Of a stretch of DNA of 36,728 bases, positions 8,817 through 17,033 are shown one piece after another. Numbering within the stretch: the first letter of the stretch is position 1; every line of letters starts with the position of its first letter. Both the position numbers and the translations under genes were made by a program. The notes below the pieces were generated by a model. It was not told where the DNA came from and ran no database searches. It saw nothing but the letters and a program-made list of their open reading frames with translations. Source of the stretch: a bacterium (GTDB lineage: Bacteria; Omnitrophota; Gorgyraeia; Gygaellales; UBA12090); assembly GCA_004299495.1 (NCBI GenBank), contig SCPY01000269.1:1-36728 (forward strand), in the 5' to 3' direction.

Positions 8817-10067
8817 ATGGCATTAGGCGCAATGCTATTGTTTATGCTTGCTGGTTCATTGGCTTCTTATGCCAGCGATGGCCAAGAACTGATACAGGCA
8901 GCGCAAAATGGGGATATCGCAAACGTTACAACCTTGCTTGCTCGGGGAGCAGATGTAAACGCCAAACGCACTAGCGATGGTTGTACAGCCTTGGGTTTGG
9001 CATCTGGCGCGGGACATAGCGAGATAGTAAAAATATTGCTTGATAAGGGTGCGGATGTGAATGCTAATTACCTCATGACAGCTTTGATGATGGCATCCAA
9101 GGCAGGCCATAGCGAAACAGTAAAAATCTTGCTCAATAAGGGCGCGGACATAAATACTAAATCGGCTGGCAGTGATGGCCACACGGCCCTAGGCCTTGCG
9201 TCTCTAGAAGGCCATAGCGAGATCGTGAAAATTCTGCTTGAAAATGGAGCAGATGTGAATATTAAAGACAATAACGGTCATGCAGCCCTAATGTTAGCGT
9301 CAATGACAGGTAATAAAGAGATAGCAAAAATCCTGATTGATAATGGAGCGGATGTAAATGCTAAAAATAATGTTTACACGCCATCGGTTTATGCATCTTT
9401 AGAAGGACATGGCGAGATAGTGAAAATGCTGCGCGATAAAGGATCTGAGGTAAATCTTAGAGACAGTGATGGCATAACCGATCTTATGAAGGCGTGTGAG
9501 GAAGGCCGTAGCGATGTAGTAAAAATCCTACTCGCTCAAGGAGCAGATGTAAACGCCAAGGATAATAATGGCCTAACTGCCTTAATGCGGGCATCTCTAA
9601 TAGGCCATAGTGATATAGTTAAAATTCTGCTTGATAAAGGAGCAGATGTAAATGCCAAAGCAACCAACTATGCTGATGATACTGCCTTAAGCCTGGCATC
9701 TCTTGAAGGCCATAGTGAAATAGTGAAGATGCTTCTTGATTATGGTGCTGATGTAAACATCAAACATAGAGATGGTTTAACGGCCTTGATGCTGGCATCT
9801 CTATCTTTAACAAGCAATAGCGAGACGGTTAGAATTCTGCTTGATAAAGGAGCAGATGTGAACGCCAAAGATAGCAAAGGCGTAACGGCTCTTATGCGGG
9901 TCTCTCGGGGAGGTCCTGGCTATAATGATAAAGCAAAGATCCTGCTTGATTATGGCACAGATGTAAATATTAGAGATAATAGTGGCCGCACGGCCTTGAT
10001 GATAGCGTCTCAAGCAAATCAAAGCGAGACAATGCAACTTCTTAAAAAAGCAGGGGCCAAAGAATAG
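8817..10067 (+). CDS. Secreted ankyrin-repeat protein (12 repeats)
   Basis: Hydrophobic N-terminus ending ASYA|SDG, then 12 units of about 33 aa of type G.TALM.AS..GH.EIVKILLDKGADVNAK. The true start may be upstream and non-AUG (see findings). Confidence 0.9.
   Translation: MALGAMLLFMLAGSLASYASDGQELIQAAQNGDIANVTTLLARGADVNAKRTSDGCTALGLASGAGHSEIVKILLDKGADVNANYLMTALMMASKAGHSETVKILLNKGADINTKSAGSDGHTALGLASLEGHSEIVKILLENGADVNIKDNNGHAALMLASMTGNKEIAKILIDNGADVNAKNNVYTPSVYASLEGHGEIVKMLRDKGSEVNLRDSDGITDLMKACEEGRSDVVKILLAQGADVNAKDNNGLTALMRASLIGHSDIVKILLDKGADVNAKATNYADDTALSLASLEGHSEIVKMLLDYGADVNIKHRDGLTALMLASLSLTSNSETVRILLDKGADVNAKDSKGVTALMRVSRGGPGYNDKAKILLDYGTDVNIRDNSGRTALMIASQANQSETMQLLKKAGAKE
8880..10064 (+). 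repeat. Tandem array of about 99-bp ankyrin-encoding units, partly conserved at DNA level
   Basis: For example, 9621-9660 (aaaattctgcttgataaaggagcagatgtaaatgccaaag) and 9831-9870 (agaattctgcttgataaaggagcagatgtgaacgccaaag) are near-identical. Confidence 0.8.
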
Positions 10068-10151
10068 CTTACTGTGAGCGGCTTAATCGCAAAATAGAGG
10101 AGAAATAATGGATTATTACTACTTATTTAACCAAAATATAGAGAGGGGAAT

Positions 10152-11168
10152 ATGATTATTGTTCTGCGTCCGGGGGCAACGGAAAAACAGGTTGAGCATA
10201 TAGTTGAGCGGGTAACCAAGCTGGGGCTTAAGCCGATGGTTTCTAAAGGTACCGAGCGCACCATTATCGGAGTTATCGGACCGGAAGATATCCTGCGCTC
10301 TACCCCGCTAGAGGTGTTTGAGGGCGTGGAAAAGGTAATGCCGGTCCTGGCGCCCTACAAATTAGTCTCCCGGGAATTTCGCAAGGAGAATTCCATAATT
10401 GATATAGGTAAGGGTGTTAAAGTCGGCGGCCAGGAGCTCATTGTTGTCGCGGGCCCCTGCGCTATTGAGAATTATGAAATGTTATACCAAACGGCAAAAT
10501 TGGTAAAATCTTCCGGAGCAAAGGCCTTGCGCGCGGGGGCGTTTAAGCCCAGGACTTCACCCTACACCTTTCAGGGGCTTGGCGAAGAGGGGTTAAAATA
10601 TCTCAAGGATGTGGGAGAAAAGCTGAATATGCCTACCGTAACCGAGGTAATGGATACCCGGGACATAGAATTGGTAGCGCGTTACGCAGATGTGCTGCAG
10701 ATAGGCGCGCGCAATATGCAGAACTTTATTCTTTTAAAAGAGGTGGGGTTGACCAAAAAGCCGGTGATTTTAAAACGCGGGCTTTCGGCAACGGTTAAGG
10801 AATGGCTGATGTCCGCCGAATACATCCTGGCCGGAGGAAATATGAATGTCATTCTTTGCGAGCGCGGCATCCGCACTTTTGAGGATTCTACCAGAAATAC
10901 CCTGGATATAAGCGCTATCCCGGTGGTAAAACAGCTGAGCCATCTTCCGATTATCGCGGATCCTTCGCATGCCGCGGGCGCCCGCGGACTGGTAAATTCC
11001 TTGTCCCGCGCGGCGGTTGCCGCGGGCGCGGACGGCCTGCTTATTGAGGTGCATATCCGGCCCGAAGAGGCCCTTTCGGACGGAGCCCAGTCATTGACCC
11101 CGGATAATTTTACAGAGTCTATTTCCTCTCTTAAGGCAGTTGCGCAGGCAGTAGGAAGAAGGTTATGA
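10152..11168 (+). CDS. aroF: 3-deoxy-7-phosphoheptulonate (DAHP) synthase, type I-beta with N-terminal regulatory domain
   Basis: VAGPCAIE, RAGAFKPRTSPYTFQGLG, IADPSHA, GLLIEVH, plus an N-terminal ferredoxin-like extension of about 70 aa. Confidence 0.9.
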   Translation: MIIVLRPGATEKQVEHIVERVTKLGLKPMVSKGTERTIIGVIGPEDILRSTPLEVFEGVEKVMPVLAPYKLVSREFRKENSIIDIGKGVKVGGQELIVVAGPCAIENYEMLYQTAKLVKSSGAKALRAGAFKPRTSPYTFQGLGEEGLKYLKDVGEKLNMPTVTEVMDTRDIELVARYADVLQIGARNMQNFILLKEVGLTKKPVILKRGLSATVKEWLMSAEYILAGGNMNVILCERGIRTFEDSTRNTLDISAIPVVKQLSHLPIIADPSHAAGARGLVNSLSRAAVAAGADGLLIEVHIRPEEALSDGAQSLTPDNFTESISSLKAVAQAVGRRL

Positions 11169-11992
11169 GATTGTTTGATAGGATAGCTATAGTGGGAGTC
11201 GGCTTAATCGGAGGCTCTGTTGGTTTAGCGGTCAAAGAGAAGAAGATAGCCAAAAAAGTCATTGGTATCGGTCATCGCCGGGAATCTATCCGCCAGGCAT
11301 TAAGGCAAGGCGCGATTGACGAAGGTTATCTGGATTTGAGTAAAGTCAAAGGCGCCGGCCTGGTTATTCTGGCAGCTCCGGTATCGCAGATAATGAGTAT
11401 TTTGCCCCGGCTGTCCCGCTATGTAACCAGAGATACGCTGGTGATGGATGTCGGCTCAACCAAATCAGAAATCATCAAGGCAGCTCAAAAGAGCGGCCTT
11501 GAATTTGTCGGCTGCCATCCTTTGGCGGGCATGGAAAAGAAAGGCCCGGAAAATGCCAGGAGCGATCTATTCAAAGGTTCTCTCTGTCTGATTGTTCGGT
11601 CAAAGAAAATCAGGAGCGGCTCTCTACGCAGGGCTATACAATTCTGGAAAGCGATTGGGGCAAGGGTTGAGGTTCTGGATAGCTCAAGCCATGATCGTAT
11701 CCTTGCCTTTGTCAGCCACCTTCCGCATGCCGCGGCCTTCGGGATGCTGGATTGCATTAAGCCGGATTATCTGCGTTACGCCGCAAGCGGCCTGAAAGAC
11801 ACTACGCGCATAGGTTTGTCAGACCCGCTTCTGTGGCGGGATATCTTCCTTACTAACCAAAAAGAGCTGCTTAGGGCAATCGCCGGCTTTCGCGGTTCCC
11901 TTACTCGCCTGGAATCTCTGATCAAGAATAACCGCTCGGAGGCATTGGTATCATTTCTTGAGAAAGCCAGAAATAAGCGCTATGGCCTCTAG
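11165..11992 (+). CDS. tyrA: Prephenate dehydrogenase
   Basis: ATGA overlap with the DAHP synthase gene. Rossmann motif IAIVGVGLIGGSVG and catalytic GCHPLAGMEKKG. Confidence 0.9.
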   Translation: MRLFDRIAIVGVGLIGGSVGLAVKEKKIAKKVIGIGHRRESIRQALRQGAIDEGYLDLSKVKGAGLVILAAPVSQIMSILPRLSRYVTRDTLVMDVGSTKSEIIKAAQKSGLEFVGCHPLAGMEKKGPENARSDLFKGSLCLIVRSKKIRSGSLRRAIQFWKAIGARVEVLDSSSHDRILAFVSHLPHAAAFGMLDCIKPDYLRYAASGLKDTTRIGLSDPLLWRDIFLTNQKELLRAIAGFRGSLTRLESLIKNNRSEALVSFLEKARNKRYGL

Positions 11993-12665
11993 GCGGACCC
12001 GTAAGAAACTTATCATTGCTATTGACGGCCCCGCGGGCGCGGGCAAATCCACTATCGCCCGTTTGGTTGCCAGGAGCCTGGGGATACTTTATATTGACAC
12101 CGGGGCAATGTATCGGGCGCTTACCTTAAAGGCCATAAACGAAGGTGTGGATATCCGTAAGCCTCGCCTGTTAACTAAGCTCTCCAGAAACATAAAGATT
12201 GAATTAAGGAATAACCCCGACGGCTCAATAAATGTCTTTCTGGACGGCAGGGACGTATCAACCGATATTAGGCAGCCGCGCATCACTCAGGTGGTTTCGG
12301 ATGTGGCTAAGATTTCCGGAGTGAGAAGCTCAATGCTGGTTTTACAGCGAAAGATGGGGTTAAAATCTTCATGCGTTCTGGACGGCAGGGATATCGGGAC
12401 GGTGGTTTTTCCCGAAGCGGATAAAAAGTTTTTCTTAGACGCGGACTTTAAAGAGCGGGTAGGCAGGCGCCACAAAGAGCTGAGGGGTAACGGGGTAAAG
12501 ATCAGTTTTCAGGCAACGGAAAAGGACCTTAAGAACCGAGACACCATTGACTCTACGCGTAAATGCGCTCCTTTAAAAAAAGCTTCGGACGCGATATATG
12601 TGGATACAACGCGTATGAGCATTGAGGAAGTGGTAAGCACGCTCCTGGGAAAAATAAAGACTTAG
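11982..12665 (+). CDS. cmk: Cytidylate kinase
   Basis: P-loop IAIDGPAGAGKST and GRDIGTVVFP. I prefer the ATG at 11982 to the TTG at 11958 in the ORF track. Confidence 0.9.
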   Translation: MASRRTRKKLIIAIDGPAGAGKSTIARLVARSLGILYIDTGAMYRALTLKAINEGVDIRKPRLLTKLSRNIKIELRNNPDGSINVFLDGRDVSTDIRQPRITQVVSDVAKISGVRSSMLVLQRKMGLKSSCVLDGRDIGTVVFPEADKKFFLDADFKERVGRRHKELRGNGVKISFQATEKDLKNRDTIDSTRKCAPLKKASDAIYVDTTRMSIEEVVSTLLGKIKT

Positions 12666-12678
12666 TTTTTATTCACAT

Positions 12679-14475
12679 ATGGACAAATCTCTTATTCGTA
12701 ACTTCTCTATTATCGCGCACATTGACCACGGAAAATCCACGCTTGCCGACAGGATATTGGAATTCGTAGGCGCGATATCCGTCCGCGAATTCCACGCCCA
12801 GATGCTGGATGATATGGAGTTAGAGCGCGAGCGCGGGATTACCATTAAGGCATCCACCGTGCGCCTGGAATATAAAGCCAAAAACGGCTCTGTCTATACC
12901 TTAAACCTCATTGATACCCCGGGGCATGTGGATTTTACCTACGAGGTCTCAAAGGCCCTTGCCGCCTGCGAAGGAACGCTTCTTTTGGTAGACGCGACTC
13001 AAGGGATAGAGGCCCAGACGGTGGCCAATTTTAATTTAGCTAGAGACTTAAAGCTAAAAATCATCCCGGTGATTAACAAGATTGATTTACCCTCAAGCGA
13101 CATCGCGAGGGTAACTCAGCAATTGGTAGAGGTTTTTGGCTTTGAAGAAAAAGACATACTTCTGGCATCAGGAAAAGACGGCACCGGGATAGATGAAATC
13201 CTGGAAAAGATTGTCGCGGATATTCCCGCTCCCGCGGGAGATCCGGCAGGCGCGCTAAAGTCCCTGGTTTTTGATTCTGTGTTTGACGTCTACCGCGGGG
13301 TAATCGTGTATTTGAAGATAGTCGACGGCACGCTTTATCCCGGAGATACGGTTAAGCTGATGCAGTCCGGGAAGACCTATAAAATAGAAGAGCTGGGGGC
13401 GCTCAAGAACCTGAAGATGACAAAAGTGGATAGCTTATCCTCCGGCGAGGCAGGGTATTTTATCTCTAACATCAGGTCCGCCCAGGACGTGGCTGTGGGG
13501 GATACGGTGTTTAATATTAAAGAGCCGATAGGCGCTCCGCTTCCGGGTTTTAGAAAGCTAAAACCGCTGGTCTTCTGCGGATTGTATCCGGTGAACGCGG
13601 CGGATTTCGATGAGCTGCGCGCTTCCATAGAAAAACTGCGGCTTACCGATGCCTCATTTGTCTATGAGCCGGAAACTTCCCCGTCCTTTGGGTTTGGTTT
13701 CCGCTGCGGGTTTCTGGGGCTGTTGCATATGGAGATAGTCCAGGAAAGGCTGGAAAGAGAATATGGCCTGAATCTTATTTTGACCTCACCCAGCGTGGTC
13801 TATCAGGTTAAGAAGCGCGACTCATCCGTAATTGATGTGGATAATCCGGAGAAGTTTCCTTCTGCCCAGGATATTGCCGAGTGCGAAGAGCCATACGTCT
13901 CGGTAACCATGCTTGTGCCTACGGATACCCTGGACGCGGTGCATGAATTATCCAGGAATAAAAGGGGGATTTACAATACCTCGGAATTCCTGGGAGCCGA
14001 CAGGGTAAAAATTCTTTTTGATATGCCTCTCTCAGAAATTATCGTTGATTTTTATGACCGGTTAAAATCGGTTACCCGCGGATACGGTTCGCTGGACTAT
14101 GAATTTATTGGATACTTTCCCACAAAACTGGTAAAATTAGACATCCTGCTAAACGGCGATGTCTGCGATGCCTTTTCCTGCCTTGTGCATAAAGAGATGG
14201 CATATGAAAAGGGTAAAAGCCTGGTATCGCGCCTAAAGGATCTTATCCCCAAGCAGTTGTTTGAGGTAAGCCTGCAGGCGGCAATAGGCAGCCAGATTAT
14301 TGCCTCGGAGAAGATAAGGGCCGCGGGTAAGCACGTTACGGCAAAGTGCTATGGCGGGGATATCACCCGTAAGCGCAAGCTCTGGGAAAAGCAGAAGAAA
14401 GGCAAAGAGCGGATGAAACAGTTTGGCAAGGTGGAGATTCCTCAGGAAGCGTTCTTGGAGGTGTTAAAAATATAA
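12679..14475 (+). CDS. lepA: Translation elongation factor 4
   Basis: RNFSIIAHIDHGKSTLADR, DTPGHVDF, NKIDL and the LepA-specific C-terminus YGGDITRKRKLWEKQKKGKERMKQFGKVEIPQEAF. Confidence 0.97.
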   Translation: MDKSLIRNFSIIAHIDHGKSTLADRILEFVGAISVREFHAQMLDDMELERERGITIKASTVRLEYKAKNGSVYTLNLIDTPGHVDFTYEVSKALAACEGTLLLVDATQGIEAQTVANFNLARDLKLKIIPVINKIDLPSSDIARVTQQLVEVFGFEEKDILLASGKDGTGIDEILEKIVADIPAPAGDPAGALKSLVFDSVFDVYRGVIVYLKIVDGTLYPGDTVKLMQSGKTYKIEELGALKNLKMTKVDSLSSGEAGYFISNIRSAQDVAVGDTVFNIKEPIGAPLPGFRKLKPLVFCGLYPVNAADFDELRASIEKLRLTDASFVYEPETSPSFGFGFRCGFLGLLHMEIVQERLEREYGLNLILTSPSVVYQVKKRDSSVIDVDNPEKFPSAQDIAECEEPYVSVTMLVPTDTLDAVHELSRNKRGIYNTSEFLGADRVKILFDMPLSEIIVDFYDRLKSVTRGYGSLDYEFIGYFPTKLVKLDILLNGDVCDAFSCLVHKEMAYEKGKSLVSRLKDLIPKQLFEVSLQAAIGSQIIASEKIRAAGKHVTAKCYGGDITRKRKLWEKQKKGKERMKQFGKVEIPQEAFLEVLKI

Positions 14476-15080
14476 TGACTGAAGACCCGAGACCGAAGAC
14501 CCGAGACCAAAAGAAATCGGCTATCAGGGAATGGGTAGAGTCAATAATTATTGCTCTTATCCTGGCCCTTTTTATCCGCCAGTTTATTGTCCAGGCCTTT
14601 AAGATACCCACAGGTTCAATGCGCATGACCTTAATAGAAGGCGACAGGATCCTGGTGAATAAATTTATTTACGGGGCAAAGTTCCCGCTTACGGATTTTC
14701 GCCTTCCTTCCTTACGTAAGCCTAGAAGGGGGGATGTGATTGTTTTTATGTATCCCGAAGACCCCAAGAAGGATTTTATAAAACGGCTGGTGGCGCTCCC
14801 CGGAGAAACCATAGAAATCCGTAACGGCAATATTTACATTGACGGTAAATTGAGCGCTGACCCGCTCATCTATAACCGCTATTATTACAACCGCCTTGAC
14901 GGAGAATTCGGAAAAGAAGGCCAGAAAATTAAGGTGCCCGAGGGTTCATATTACGTATTAGGAGACAATTCTTCTTCTTCCAGGGACAGCCGTTACTGGG
15001 GTTTTGTGCCCCAGAAGAATATCCTGGGGAAAGCCATATTGATTTATTGGCCGCTTCAGCGCGTACGGTTAATTAAGTAG
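14475..15080 (+). CDS. lepB: Signal peptidase I
   Basis: TAATG junction with lepA. TM helix, catalytic IPTGSMRMTL, KRLVALPGE, GDNSSSSRDSRYWGFV. Confidence 0.92.
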   Translation: MTEDPRPKTRDQKKSAIREWVESIIIALILALFIRQFIVQAFKIPTGSMRMTLIEGDRILVNKFIYGAKFPLTDFRLPSLRKPRRGDVIVFMYPEDPKKDFIKRLVALPGETIEIRNGNIYIDGKLSADPLIYNRYYYNRLDGEFGKEGQKIKVPEGSYYVLGDNSSSSRDSRYWGFVPQKNILGKAILIYWPLQRVRLIK

Positions 15081-15082
15081 CT

Positions 15083-15670
15083 ATGGATAAGAAAGCCAAA
15101 GGAATGAGTTTTGCCAACAAGGTTTCTATTTTTCGGATTATCTCCGTGCCTTTTTTTGTGGCGGCTATTCTGTATTATCAGCCGCAGAGAGATTATTTAA
15201 GGTTCGCGGCCTTAGGCGTTTTTACCTTAGCTGTGTTTTCCGATTTCCTGGACGGTTTTCTGGCCAGGATAATGCAGCAGCGGACCAAGGCCGGTACCGT
15301 GTTAGACCCTTTGGCGGATAAGGTTTTATTATCCTGCGCCTTTATTTTTGTCTATCTTAAAGACAATCTCCCTCTCAATATTAATGTTCCCCTCTGGCTG
15401 GTTATTATAGTACTTAGCCGCGACCTGCTTATCCTTTTTGGCTCCGCGGTAATTTACGTTACTAAAAACGAGCTTATCCTAACCCCCAGCCGCTGGGGTA
15501 AATACACCACTTTTTTTCAGATGTTTACCATTGTCTCGGTTTTACTGCAGTTTAAGGCCACGTGTTATATTATTTTCTTTGCCGCCTTCTTTACCCTTTG
15601 CTCCGCGATAGACTACCTTAGGAAAGGATTAAAGGTCCTCTATGGCCCTGATATTCGGCATACTGCTTAG
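15083..15670 (+). CDS. pgsA: CDP-alcohol phosphatidyltransferase (PgsA-like)
   Basis: CDP-alcohol motif DFLDGFLAR(x8)G(x3)DPLADK. Multi-TM protein. Confidence 0.85.
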   Translation: MDKKAKGMSFANKVSIFRIISVPFFVAAILYYQPQRDYLRFAALGVFTLAVFSDFLDGFLARIMQQRTKAGTVLDPLADKVLLSCAFIFVYLKDNLPLNINVPLWLVIIVLSRDLLILFGSAVIYVTKNELILTPSRWGKYTTFFQMFTIVSVLLQFKATCYIIFFAAFFTLCSAIDYLRKGLKVLYGPDIRHTA

Positions 15671-16277
15671 TTATCTTATCGGCTCCATTCCCACGGCTTA
15701 CCTTCTGGGAAAATTAACCAAAGGCATTGATATTCGTCAGCACGGTTCAGGAAATGTGGGAGCCACCAACGCCTTTCGCGTGCTGGGAGCGCCTATCGGT
15801 ATTACCGTGTTGATTCTGGATGTCCTGAAAGGGGTTGTCTGCGTAATTTTCATCGCTGACTTAATTTTAAGGCAAAGAGTAACTATTGACAGCCTGTTTT
15901 TAAGGGCAATATTGGGAGCGGTTGCGGTCCTTGGCCACAGCCTAACGCTATTCTTAAAGTTTAAGGGCGGAAAGGGTATGGCAACCACTTTGGGAGTTAT
16001 GATAGGGTTATCTGTAAAATCTCCGGCTATCGGAATAATCTTAATGATTGAAGTTTTAATCTGGGGTGCTCTCTTTGCGATGAGCAGGATAGTTTCCTTG
16101 TCTTCCATAGTGAGCGCGGCATTTTTCCCCCTTCTTTTTATAATATTTAAACAGCCTCTGCCTCTGGTTTTAATCGGATTAATCCTGTCTATCTTTGTCA
16201 TCTTTCGTCACAAATCTAATATCTATAGGTTGTTACGTAACCAGGAACCCCGCCTGATTTCACGCCCGAAGGCATAA
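15642..16277 (+). CDS. plsY: Glycerol-3-phosphate acyltransferase PlsY
   Basis: YLIGSIPTAY, GSGNVGATNAFR, FLKFKGGKG. Confidence 0.92.
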   Translation: MALIFGILLSYLIGSIPTAYLLGKLTKGIDIRQHGSGNVGATNAFRVLGAPIGITVLILDVLKGVVCVIFIADLILRQRVTIDSLFLRAILGAVAVLGHSLTLFLKFKGGKGMATTLGVMIGLSVKSPAIGIILMIEVLIWGALFAMSRIVSLSSIVSAAFFPLLFIIFKQPLPLVLIGLILSIFVIFRHKSNIYRLLRNQEPRLISRPKA

Positions 16278-16320
16278 AATCTCCTTTCTGAAAGCGCTTT
16301 CTTTTAGAGCTGATTTAGTA

Positions 16321-16349
16321 TTGAATTGTGGATATCTGGATGTTATACT
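16321..16349 (+). promoter_or_regulatory. Candidate sigma70-type promoter upstream of the orphan ORF
   Basis: TTGAAT, 17-nt spacer, TATACT. Confidence 0.35.
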
Positions 16350-16467
16350 TTATCTAGAAGTTACCCCAAGGCAGGGAAATTTTTTAGCTATAGTTCCTAA
16401 AAACTTTTAAAAACTATACATAAGCTTAAGATCTCCGCCAGCCACAGGAGGAGCAGTTTAAAAAGTT

Positions 16468-16806
16468 ATGCGAAACCTGCTTTTCAAGAATGTTACTTCT
16501 GAGGACAGGAGGCGAAAGCGGCTCTCCAGTGTGGAATTCTTTGATCAGCCGGGCCTGCATACTACCGTCAACCGGCATATGGTCTGTAGGATTATGGACG
16601 CGGGAAAGCCGGACGCGCTTCTGCCGAGGCCTACTTTATATGTGTTTAAAAGGCGCGACACCAGGTTTAACATAGAGGAATTTTATTGCCGCATCAAAGG
16701 CCAGATGTATTGCGCCGACCAGGGCAGGATATATCTGGTGCACTTTATCAATTCTCTAAGAATTCACCTCAAGGCAAGTTCATCGGGAGTCGATAAAGTA
16801 ACCTGA
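16468..16806 (+). CDS. Hypothetical basic 112-aa protein, no family recognised
   Basis: ORF with GGAGGAG 14 nt upstream (rather far). It has no signal peptide or TM helix and is followed by a strong terminator. Confidence 0.5.
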   Translation: MRNLLFKNVTSEDRRRKRLSSVEFFDQPGLHTTVNRHMVCRIMDAGKPDALLPRPTLYVFKRRDTRFNIEEFYCRIKGQMYCADQGRIYLVHFINSLRIHLKASSSGVDKVT

Positions 16807-16856
16807 CAAGTAAATAACCGCAATATATACTTTATTTAAACTTTTGAAAACATTTT

Positions 16857-16970
16857 AGTCCGGCTTTCCTGATTATGCCTGCCGACAGGCAGGGGAAGGA
16901 GGTCAGGAAAAGCCACGGGAATTATTCAGCCGGATTGATTATGAAAATGGATCAGTCCGGCTTTTTGTTT
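16857..16970 (+). promoter_or_regulatory. Structured RNA element: nested stem-loop plus intrinsic terminator, with mutually exclusive pairings
   Basis: GGCTTTCCTGA (16862-16872) pairs with TCAGGAAAAGCC (16903-16914) and encloses CCTGCC-gaca-GGCAGG. The 11-mer AGTCCGGCTTT occurs at 16857-16867 and again in the terminator 3' arm at 16954-16964. Confidence 0.4.
16928..16970 (+). terminator. Rho-independent terminator
   Basis: AGCCGGATTGAT / ATCAGTCCGGCT forms a 12-bp stem (one G-U) with an 11-nt loop, followed by TTTTTGTTTT. Confidence 0.6.
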
Positions 16971-16996
16971 TCAAAAGCCTGAAATCGATATTTTCC

Positions 16997-17024
16997 TTGA
17001 CTCTGGTTATGCAAAGGGTAAAAT
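16997..17024 (+). promoter_or_regulatory. Candidate promoter of the fibre operon
   Basis: TTGACT, 16-nt spacer, TAAAAT. The -10 element ends only 9 nt before the ATG at 17034. Confidence 0.35.
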
Positions 17025-17033
17025 ATATATGTC

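Noticed and set aside
16284-16305. Palindrome GAAAGCGCTTTC followed by TTTT after plsY, as a possible terminator.
   Set aside because: The effective stem is only about 4 bp, so this is not a convincing intrinsic terminator.
16490-16675. 61-aa alternative-frame ORF inside the 112-aa orphan ORF. Alternative-frame ORFs also occur at 19244-19486, 21775-22029, 18994-19185 and 11592-11795.
   Set aside because: They overlap better-supported frames and have no independent translation signals.
16875-16982. 35-codon ORF (MPADRQGKEV...FLFSKA) spanning the structured RNA element.
   Set aside because: It has no SD and its codons coincide with the hairpin arms and terminator. It is most likely fortuitous. 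A leader-peptide role cannot be excluded, but nothing supports it.
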